From IMG/VR virus record IMGVR_UViG_3300027749_000038: a DNA stretch of 64,000 nt. One strand, given 5' to 3'. The notes beneath the pieces were generated by a model, which was given only the letters and a program-made list of their open reading frames with translations, was not told the DNA's origin and searched no databases. Below are positions 38,482 to 46,180 of the stretch, one piece after another. Within the stretch, counting starts at the first letter, position 1. Each line of letters begins with the position of its first letter. Source of the DNA: a virus. A program made the position numbers and the translations under genes.

Positions 38482-39033
38482 ATGAATTTAAGATTTGCTT
38501 TTTGTGGAGCCCACGGAACCGGTAAAACTACTGTTTTAAAAGATATAGCAGATGATCTTTTAGATGTTTACGATCTTAAACCTATTTTTAATACTAGTAA
38601 TGCTCGTAAATTATTCAAATTGGGTGAAGAATTAAATGACAAAGGTGGAAATTTTGTACAATATGTAGTACAAGCCAGTCATGTTAGTCGATTTGCAGAA
38701 GAAAATTGGTTTGCCGATCGATGTGTGGTAGATGGATGGGCTTATATGATTGCAGCAAGGCTTAAAAATCAGGTTGATTCAGAATGTTGGCACTCTGTGA
38801 GTTGTATGATGGAGTTCTTCGTTCCTTTATATACACAGATCTTCTATGTTCCTATTGAATTTGAGATGGAAAATGACGGAATCCGTAAGGTTGATACAGA
38901 ATATCAGAGAGAAATAGATCATTATATGTCAGAAGAATTGTTAAAATATAAAAATGTAACAATAGTTAAAGGAAGTCGTGACGAGAGAAAGAATATTGTA
39001 TTAAAATACCTCCATGAACTTATTCATTCTTGA
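38482..39033 (+). CDS. Second P-loop nucleotide kinase-like protein (AAA_28 family)
   Basis: FAFCGAHGTGKTT, DRCVVDG.AY, IFYVPIEF.ME.DG.R..D..YQ..ID; ATG 38482 follows TTGATT-16-TATTAT-6. Confidence 0.8.
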   Translation: MNLRFAFCGAHGTGKTTVLKDIADDLLDVYDLKPIFNTSNARKLFKLGEELNDKGGNFVQYVVQASHVSRFAEENWFADRCVVDGWAYMIAARLKNQVDSECWHSVSCMMEFFVPLYTQIFYVPIEFEMENDGIRKVDTEYQREIDHYMSEELLKYKNVTIVKGSRDERKNIVLKYLHELIHS

Positions 39034-39541
39034 TCTAGATCCTCAAAAAGCAGCTCAATATTATCAAGATCTTCATATCAACAAGATTATTATAGAAGGT
39101 TCTCAGTTGTTAGCTGCTGGTTATTCATTAGAAAGACTTGCAGAAGCAGATTGTCCTCGCACTCAAAAAGGTCAACCACGTAAACATGGACATTATAATC
39201 ATCCAATGACCAAATGGGTGAGGCAAAATATGAATAATTTTACTTGGACCTTGGACCATTTGAGTGGTTTATATCAAGAAAGATTATATCGATTTGGTAA
39301 ACCACATTTTACCTGGGAGTTTATAGAATGGAGTAGAAATAATCTTCCAAAGTTGCCTTCTTCTAACCTTACAGAGCATCCACAATGTTTTGCAGTTTCA
39401 TTTCCGGAATGTATTGTACCAGGTAATCCAGTCCTGGGTTATCAGAATTATTACAACAAAGCCAAGAGAGAGTTTAAATTTGGAAAAAAAATGGTAAAAG
39501 CTTCTTGGACTAAAAGAGATGTGCCTTACTTCTTTGTTTAA
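39014..39541 (+). CDS. Pyrimidine-dimer DNA glycosylase (DenV/Pyr_excise)-like protein
   Basis: MNLFILD.DP..AA....D.H..K...E..QLL, H.NHP...WVR....N..W, L..E...RF.K.H. Confidence 0.65.
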   Translation: MNLFILDLDPQKAAQYYQDLHINKIIIEGSQLLAAGYSLERLAEADCPRTQKGQPRKHGHYNHPMTKWVRQNMNNFTWTLDHLSGLYQERLYRFGKPHFTWEFIEWSRNNLPKLPSSNLTEHPQCFAVSFPECIVPGNPVLGYQNYYNKAKREFKFGKKMVKASWTKRDVPYFFV

Positions 39542-39554
39542 TAAGTAATCTTAT

Positions 39555-40022
39555 ATGAATTTTTTAAATTTTTATACCGAAGCTGTTAATAAATTTAACA
39601 CAGAATGGCAGGTTACCAGAGAAGAAGCCAAAAAAATTAAAAATGTAGATGCTAAAATATCACATGTCAAAAAATTTTTAGAAGATAATCCATCCAAAGC
39701 TAATTTGGGCAGGGTCTTAAATTGGACTCGTATGTCTAAGTTGGGTTATAAGAATTCTTCGCCTGAATTGACTCAGAAATTTGAAGATTATCTGGATTAT
39801 CTAGAAGTTAATGCTGATAAATTTTCAGAAGAAGATAAAGATGTAGACCTTAAAGATCTACCAGAAAGTAAATTTATAGCTGTATATAAAGATTTGGTTC
39901 ATAGAAAGAATGATTTCCAACACGGAGGAAAAAGACCGGTTTCTATGAGCCAATATTTGGCTAAAATGGTTCAGGTAGCTAAAGAAAGAGACATTAAGCT
40001 TCCACTAGACCCACAAGCCTAA
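39555..40022 (+). CDS. Hypothetical late protein, 155 aa
   Basis: TAAGTA 7 nt upstream. Confidence 0.6.
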   Translation: MNFLNFYTEAVNKFNTEWQVTREEAKKIKNVDAKISHVKKFLEDNPSKANLGRVLNWTRMSKLGYKNSSPELTQKFEDYLDYLEVNADKFSEEDKDVDLKDLPESKFIAVYKDLVHRKNDFQHGGKRPVSMSQYLAKMVQVAKERDIKLPLDPQA

Positions 40023-40486
40023 CCATCCAGCAACATATCTCCTCTGGTTTTTGAAGATTTACTACCAATCATTTGAGAAATTACCTCATCTCTAGTGGCT
40101 ATAAGAATATTATTAGATGCTGGAAGTCTAGAAACTATATCTTTCTTTCCAGCAATATCCATTTCTTTAAGTTTTACATCTACAGTGGCTTGTTTTTGTT
40201 GTAGATTAATTTTATTCATTGAATCAATAGCCTTGGTTGTGGCTCCTATCAACTGAGCCATAGCAGCAATTTCTTTAGAATCAGCTCCCATAGCAATAGA
40301 ATTTTTAAGACTAGTAATAGCCTCTAAACCAGCTTGAATTACCTCTGAGGTTTTTTTGTATACATATTCATTAACATTTTCATCATTCACTTTTTCTACA
40401 GGACTAGGAGGAATTAATAAAGCAGAAGTAATACTATCTGCTCTAAGGTCTTGTATAATACTATCAATTTCGTTACGGCATTCCAT
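40019..40486 (-). CDS. Terminase small subunit gp16-like
   Basis: Y......E.I..G..AI..L......E.......LI......L...  helical pattern and C-terminal NNILIATRDEVISQM, like the gp16 NN.LF.GST.EL motif. Confidence 0.55.
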   Translation of the reverse strand: MECRNEIDSIIQDLRADSITSALLIPPSPVEKVNDENVNEYVYKKTSEVIQAGLEAITSLKNSIAMGADSKEIAAMAQLIGATTKAIDSMNKINLQQKQATVDVKLKEMDIAGKKDIVSRLPASNNILIATRDEVISQMIGSKSSKTRGDMLLDG

Positions 40487-40487
40487 G

Positions 40488-40521
40488 TTGAATATTTTTT
40501 AATCCAGAGCTATAATACTTA
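40488..40521. promoter_or_regulatory. Overlapping divergent promoters: sigma70-type for dut (+) and late TAAGTA for gp16-like (-)
   Basis: + strand TTGAAT (40488-93), 17 nt, TATAAT (40511-16), 6 nt, ATG 40523; - strand TAAGTA at 40521-40516. Confidence 0.6.
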
Positions 40522-40522
40522 T

Positions 40523-41077
40523 ATGACTAATTATCCTTTTCTATCAGAAATTCACTTTAAGAAAACTCATCCCGAGGCTCTTCTTCCGCGTAGAAATAAT
40601 TCTAATGATACAGGTTATGATCTATTTGCTGTAGAGGATGTTACTATTCCTTCCAAGGGAGATGGAGTTGTCCCAACTGGAATACAAGTAGCAAAGGTAC
40701 CGGAAAATATTTGGTATTTAATTCTTCCGCGATCTGGTATAGGCTTTAAACATGGTATACAACCTCATTTAGGTGTAATTGATAATTGTGTACCAGCTGG
40801 TACTAAAATTCTTACATCAGAAGGAGAAATAAATGTAGAAGATCTTTTTGAAAGAGAAATTAAACCAAACATTATTTCATATCACATCGACTCTCATCAG
40901 CTTCAGGAAGATAATATAAAGGATATGTGGATTGTAGAAAACCGTGAACTTTTTAAAATACATACAGCGGATGGTAATATACTAGAAGTTCCTCCAGAAA
41001 AAGAACTTTATACAAAAAAAGGATGGATAAAAGCTTTGAATTTGACAGAAGGAGATGAAATACTATCAGTTTCTTAA
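40523..41077 (+). CDS. dut: dUTPase N-terminal extein (88 aa) fused to split intein N-half (96 aa)
   Basis: dUTPase motifs 1-3: GYDL, PRSG, GVIDN; then CVPAGTKILT (intein block A, Cys1 at 40787) and a Hint N-domain ending GW.KA.NL..GDEI, then stop. Confidence 0.92.
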   Translation: MTNYPFLSEIHFKKTHPEALLPRRNNSNDTGYDLFAVEDVTIPSKGDGVVPTGIQVAKVPENIWYLILPRSGIGFKHGIQPHLGVIDNCVPAGTKILTSEGEINVEDLFEREIKPNIISYHIDSHQLQEDNIKDMWIVENRELFKIHTADGNILEVPPEKELYTKKGWIKALNLTEGDEILSVS

Positions 41078-41112
41078 TACCATTACCACCACGATATAGG
41101 GTAAGTATACGT

Positions 41113-42069
41113 ATGAAGCACGAACACACATGCCCACAATGTTATATTACATTTTTTAACTCTAAAAAAATTTCTAAATACTGTTCCAAAAAATGCAAAA
41201 TAGAAGCAATGACAATTGCTAAAATTTTAAAGTGTGAACTTTGTTTAAAACCATTCAAATCTACAGATTTACAACGGCGTTTTTGTTCTGTTTTGTGTTC
41301 ATCAACTGCACATAAAAATCGCAAAATTTTAGAATGTTTATATTGTTTTAAAAAATTTGAAGTTATGGGATATATGGCTTTAAAAACAAAATATTGTTCT
41401 CGAGAATGCAGTTCAAAAGATATAAAATTAAAAGGTATTTTAAAAGTTCCAGAATCTGAAAAAAATGTTTTTAGCAAGAAATGTAATAACTGCCAAAAAG
41501 ATTATAAAGTTTGGGGATACAGGAAAGAAATTTCAAAATATTGTTCAACTAAATGTCGTTATGAAACTGGTAGAATTTCTTGTATATGTTCAATATGTAA
41601 AACTTCTTACGAAGAAGAATATAATGTCTATTGTAACAGCTTTAATGTTAAACACAAATGTAAAAATTGTAGAGAATTAAATTCAACTTCCTCTTTTGAG
41701 TTGGATGTAAGGTTGTTCCTTAAACAAAATGGATTTAAATTTTCAACGAACCAGGCTGTAGCAAAACCAAACAAAAGGGGATATGTGTATCCAGACATTG
41801 TTTGTGGCAATATTATTATTGAATGCAATGGTGATTTTTTTCATTGCAATCCGGAAATTTATTCATCTTCTTTTATAAATCCTCGCACATTAAAAACTGC
41901 ACAAGAAATTTGGGACCATGACAAGTATAAAAGAGACCTTTATATGGAATGTGGTTATAATGTAATTGTTGTGTGGGAATCAAAGTGGAAAAATCAGATT
42001 CACCAACTAGAAATTTTAAATATTCTTAAATCTTATGAAAATAACCCACTCCAAAGTGACAAAAATTGA
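41113..42069 (+). mobile_element. Free-standing Vsr/DUF559-like (EDxHD-type) homing endonuclease gene with C2C2 zinc-finger repeats
   Basis: Four clear CxxC.K.F-x(8-11)-(Y/F)CSxxC repeats plus a variant; C-terminal S.FE..V...L...G, YPDI, IIIECNGDFFH, D..K....GY.V.V.WE. It lies between the two intein halves. Confidence 0.8.
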
Positions 42070-42334
42070 AAAATCAACTTCTAAAGACATTTTTTATTTA
42101 TCTGTAAAAAATAACGCCAATTATTTTGCTAATAAGCTTTGTGTACACAATTGCTATCGTGGCGATCTGGGAGTTAAATTATATAATTTTTCTAATACAG
42201 ATCATAAGGTGTTAAAGGGAGATAGAGTAGCTCAAATAGCTTACTTTCCGTTGATATCTCTCGAACCACAGTGGTCAGAAGAAGTAGAAGAAACCGACCG
42301 AGGAGCTAACGGCTTCGGTCAATCAGGAAAATAA
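42035..42334 (+). CDS. dut: Split intein C-half (39 aa) fused to dUTPase C-terminal extein (60 aa)
   Basis: Lys-rich IntC ending NYFANKLCVHN, then +1 Cys (42152) and CYRGDL (rest of motif 3), GDRVAQ (motif 4), RGANGFGQSG (motif 5). Confidence 0.92.
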   Translation: MKITHSKVTKIEKSTSKDIFYLSVKNNANYFANKLCVHNCYRGDLGVKLYNFSNTDHKVLKGDRVAQIAYFPLISLEPQWSEEVEETDRGANGFGQSGK

Positions 42335-42336
42335 TT

Positions 42337-43269
42337 ATGAACAATCATTATAAAAATTTATGGTGTGAAAAATATAGACCACAAAAATTTGAAGATCTAG
42401 TTTTAGAACAAGAAATTAAAAATCATTTATTGTCTATCAATGAGGATACTCCTCATCTTTTGTTTCACGGTAGTGCTGGTATCGGTAAAACCACCTCAGT
42501 TAAGATTCTAGTCAAACATGTATTAAAGTGTCAGTATCTTTATATTAATGCCAGTGATGAAAATGGTATTGACACCATTCGTAACAAAGTTATTTCATTT
42601 GCTCAAACTCGATCTTTAGATGGAAAGAAAAAAGTAGTGATTCTAGACGAAGCAGACGGATTGACCGGAGATTCTTTGCGTATTCTACGGAATGTAATGG
42701 ATGAATTTACAGACACCACCCGTTTTCTTCTCACTGCAAATTACATTAACAAGATTATTGAACCTATTCGTTCAAGATGTATGTTGGTTAAGCTTCAACC
42801 TAACCTTAAAGGTATTGTACAGCGAAGCATAGATATCCTTAGAGGCGAAGGAGTTTCTGTAGCAGATGATCAAAAGTCTGCATTGCTAAGTCTTATAGAA
42901 AAAAACAGTCCAGACATTCGTCGAATTATTAATGATTTACAAAAATATTCAGTCTCTGGTCAATTAATCATTAAAGAAGATAATCAAATATCAAATTTTG
43001 CGTCTTCTATATTTAAAGATTTAACAGCAAAGACTTCTAGCTTAGAAATTCGTAAAAAGATTATTGAAGCAGAAAAATCTTTTAATGGAGACTTTCAAAG
43101 TTTGATGAAAGAATTATTTGAATACATTTATCGCTCAGATTTTAAAGACAATGTCAAAAAATCTTTAATGTTAAATCTCGGAGAATATATGTATAGAGAT
43201 GCAACAGTTTTAGACAAAGAAATTAATTTCTTTTGTTGTATAATTGCTCTGGAAAATGATTTAAAATAA
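42337..43269 (+). CDS. gp44: Clamp loader large subunit gp44 (RFC-like AAA+)
   Basis: LWCEKYRP, GSAGIGKTT, INASDENGIDTIR, ILDEAD, LR..M.EF, IIEPIRSRC, PDIRRIIN.LQ, D.EI. Confidence 0.93.
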   Translation: MNNHYKNLWCEKYRPQKFEDLVLEQEIKNHLLSINEDTPHLLFHGSAGIGKTTSVKILVKHVLKCQYLYINASDENGIDTIRNKVISFAQTRSLDGKKKVVILDEADGLTGDSLRILRNVMDEFTDTTRFLLTANYINKIIEPIRSRCMLVKLQPNLKGIVQRSIDILRGEGVSVADDQKSALLSLIEKNSPDIRRIINDLQKYSVSGQLIIKEDNQISNFASSIFKDLTAKTSSLEIRKKIIEAEKSFNGDFQSLMKELFEYIYRSDFKDNVKKSLMLNLGEYMYRDATVLDKEINFFCCIIALENDLK

Positions 43270-43270
43270 A

Positions 43271-43849
43271 TTACTTCTTTTTAGAGGTAATTTTAACCAA
43301 CTTTGGCGCACCTGGTTTACTTGTGTGTGCCAAAGTTGTATTTTTTACTGGCAAGAAGTCATCTTCTGGACGATTATCTACCTTTGTTTCCATTTTGAAC
43401 ACTTTGATATCACCATTCAAAGGCAATTCATACCTATTAGGAACTCCTTGTACAGGAGGGAGATTAATTCCATAATCTTTAATGTTTAATAAATCAAAAT
43501 CTCCAGGAATAGTAAACTCATTATATTCTGTAGGCCACTGAACAGTGCGTGGATCAGTGTGTAAGCTAAGATACACATCACCAGCTCCTTCGTTATCATT
43601 AGCATCCTTCACATTTTGCAAGGATCCACGACTAACAACTCTTTTGATAAAGAACATAACTTCATTATTAATAAGTTCTTTTAAAAAATTAGAAAAAGCC
43701 TCATGGCCACTATAATGTTTTTTAAAATAATCACACTTTAAAAAACTAGGTTTCAACACAATAGGAGTGCCCTCTCTAAATCCTCCATTAGAAAAGTGAG
43801 AAAATGCTGTTTCAAATAAATTTTGAAATTTGTTAAATTTGTTATTCAT
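43271..43849 (-). CDS. Hypothetical late protein, 192 aa
   Basis: Minus-strand ORF sharing the palindromic TAAATATTTA element with gp25. Confidence 0.6.
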   Translation of the reverse strand: MNNKFNKFQNLFETAFSHFSNGGFREGTPIVLKPSFLKCDYFKKHYSGHEAFSNFLKELINNEVMFFIKRVVSRGSLQNVKDANDNEGAGDVYLSLHTDPRTVQWPTEYNEFTIPGDFDLLNIKDYGINLPPVQGVPNRYELPLNGDIKVFKMETKVDNRPEDDFLPVKNTTLAHTSKPGAPKLVKITSKKK

Positions 43850-43870
43850 ACATTATAGAGATTTTAGGCA

Positions 43871-43880
43871 TAAATATTTA
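43871..43880. promoter_or_regulatory. Palindromic bidirectional late-promoter-like element TAAATATTTA
   Basis: Perfect palindrome giving TAAATA on both strands, between divergent genes 43849(-) and 43886(+). Confidence 0.55.
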
Positions 43881-43885
43881 TCACC

Positions 43886-44416
43886 ATGGCCGCTATTTAT
43901 TTAGATAATATAGTTAAACCCAAGATTACTAATAGTGGTTCTGCTCTCACAGACCAATACAACAAATCTGCCTCTAATTATACTTATACAGATTTACACC
44001 TAGATTTAAAAATAGCCCAGAACATAGGAAACGGTTTAAATCCAGTTTTTTCTGCAGATTTTGAAGCAGACCATGATAAAAAAGCTATTTCAAATTCTAT
44101 TTATAACATTTTTACCTGTAAGCAAGGTTGGAAAGTCTTATCTCCAGATTTTTATGGATCCCTTGATAGGTTTTTATTTGAACCCGTTTCTGAATCTAAT
44201 GCTGGTGTAATAGGCAGAGATATAGCACGTTCTATAAACACATTTGAACCTCGCATAGAATTACTTAAGTTATACATTAAACCCAATAAAGAGGAATATA
44301 GTTATGAAATATCTATTAACTACAGGGTCAAACAATCTGGATTGCTAGATAAATTAGAATTTAGATTTAATACACAACACTATTCAGGGGTAAACAACAT
44401 TACAGTATATGGATAA
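43886..44416 (+). CDS. gp25: Baseplate wedge gp25-like
   Basis: Y.DL.LDL, AI.NSI.NIF....G.K...P.F...L...LFEP, I...I..FEPRI.L. Confidence 0.85.
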   Translation: MAAIYLDNIVKPKITNSGSALTDQYNKSASNYTYTDLHLDLKIAQNIGNGLNPVFSADFEADHDKKAISNSIYNIFTCKQGWKVLSPDFYGSLDRFLFEPVSESNAGVIGRDIARSINTFEPRIELLKLYIKPNKEEYSYEISINYRVKQSGLLDKLEFRFNTQHYSGVNNITVYG

Positions 44417-46178
44417 TCAATTTTTAGCTTTTGATGCATTAGAATTGCGCAATAAAATTGTTGATAAACTCAACAATAGTCAAGTTTTTACTGATCAAAA
44501 TTTTCAAGGATCTAATATTTCTGCCATAATTGATATTATCAGTATGGCTTTTGGTAGTTTACAATTTTACAACAGTAAAAGCTCTTCTGAGAGCATGTTT
44601 TCCGAAGCTCAAATATATGAGAACATGAATCGAATTGTTAAAATTTTAAACTACAATCCGATAGGCAAAACTTCTCAATCTGTTCCTTTTACTATCACCG
44701 CTTCTAGTGATCTCTCCGCAAATTCTTATATAATACCTCGCTATAGTTATACATCTGTTGGTGGTACAATTTTTACCCTGACACAAGATATAGGTTTTAC
44801 AAAACAAACAGCCGGAACAGAAACCATTACAGACTTAAATCACACTTATATGCTGAGGGAAGGTTCTATACAAGAATATGATATCCATTCAGCTTTGGGA
44901 ATTGAAAATGAAGTGGTATATATCGCAACCGGAGATGATGTTTTTATTGACCATCTTACTATAGATGTTTATGTATTAAAAGACACTCAAATGTGGAAAA
45001 AATGGACCAGAGTGGAAAATTTAACCCAATATTCTGCTACAGATAAGGCATATGAAGTAAGATATAACGCAAATAAAAGATATGAAATTTTGTTTGGAGA
45101 CGATATCAACGGCGAAAAATTAGATACTGGTGATAAAGTAGCTATTTATTTTTTAAAAATAAACCCAGGTAGTAACACCGTTGGACCACATGCTTTAAGA
45201 AATAATACTTTTGTTCCATTCAACTCTAGACAATTTAGTACAATTTTTAATCAAACCAAATCTATTTTTGGTACCTATTTTACTTTTGATAAACTTAATT
45301 TATTGTCTTTAGACAATTTATTTCCATCTTCTTTATATAGTGATGAAGAATCTATTGAATCTATAAGAAAAAAAGCTCCAAAATCTTTTAGAAGCCAACA
45401 AAGATTGATAACAACAGATGATTACAATTATTTTGCTAATAATAATTTTTCTAATATTATTAAAGATTCAAAAGTAATTGATAATGACACCTATTTAAAT
45501 ACCCATTTAAAATATCTATATTCCATAGGTTTAAGCAAACCACAATTAGAAACTCAAATTTTGTTAAATCAGGTTAAATTTGCAAATTCTTGCAATTTTA
45601 ACAATGTTTATATATACAGTATTCCTAAAAATTCTCAAAAATATTTATTATCAGCTCAAAAAGAAGTAATTTTAAAAGAAATTAATAGATACAAAGGACT
45701 TGGGGTTCAAATTGTTCCTATGGATCCCGAATACATGTTGTTTGATTTTTATTTAAAAGATTTATACAAACCAGCGACTACAGCAGATATTTTTCAGACA
45801 ACTTTAAGAATACACAAAAATCCAAACACTCGCAGATCGAAGGCTTCTATTAAATTTGATGTAGTTAATTTAATTAAAAATTATTTCGACTCTGCAGTTC
45901 TTGGATACGATATCAATACCCATCAATTGACTACAGACATTATAGCAATAGATGGAGTTGACTACATAGATAGTTATCGCAAAGACACAGATACCGTCTC
46001 AAGGCAATTATCATTTTTAGTGTGGAATTCTAAATATCCTACAAATGATATAAATGTTTACACTCAAACAATATATTTAGATGATTTTAAATATCCTTTG
46101 ATCAATAATGTTGCTTATTTAGCAGACCGAATTGAAATACTAGATCTTTCTTATTCTATAAAAATAGCTGACTTTTAA
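44409..46178 (+). CDS. gp6: Baseplate wedge gp6-like
   Basis: FD...L...I...L......DQNFQGSNIS.IID, SE..F..AQ..EN...I...L.Y.P, YEI.FGD...G, ESIESIR..AP..F..Q.R..T..DY. Confidence 0.88.
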   Translation: MDNQFLAFDALELRNKIVDKLNNSQVFTDQNFQGSNISAIIDIISMAFGSLQFYNSKSSSESMFSEAQIYENMNRIVKILNYNPIGKTSQSVPFTITASSDLSANSYIIPRYSYTSVGGTIFTLTQDIGFTKQTAGTETITDLNHTYMLREGSIQEYDIHSALGIENEVVYIATGDDVFIDHLTIDVYVLKDTQMWKKWTRVENLTQYSATDKAYEVRYNANKRYEILFGDDINGEKLDTGDKVAIYFLKINPGSNTVGPHALRNNTFVPFNSRQFSTIFNQTKSIFGTYFTFDKLNLLSLDNLFPSSLYSDEESIESIRKKAPKSFRSQQRLITTDDYNYFANNNFSNIIKDSKVIDNDTYLNTHLKYLYSIGLSKPQLETQILLNQVKFANSCNFNNVYIYSIPKNSQKYLLSAQKEVILKEINRYKGLGVQIVPMDPEYMLFDFYLKDLYKPATTADIFQTTLRIHKNPNTRRSKASIKFDVVNLIKNYFDSAVLGYDINTHQLTTDIIAIDGVDYIDSYRKDTDTVSRQLSFLVWNSKYPTNDINVYTQTIYLDDFKYPLINNVAYLADRIEILDLSYSIKIADF

Positions 46179-46180
46179 TT

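Noticed and set aside
40451-40522. Track start sites extended upstream (40451, 38464, 35670, 24221, 9407, 5170)
   Set aside because: Downstream ATGs (40523, 38482, 35721, 24203, 9344, 5152) fit promoter spacing, gene coupling and domain boundaries better.
41078-42034. Group I intron, or one contiguous intein with an in-frame endonuclease, in dut
   Set aside because: Only 35 nt of non-coding sequence is present, too little for a ribozyme core. The endonuclease is in a different frame, and the IntN/IntC frame has stops between the halves (41075-41077, 41678-41680).
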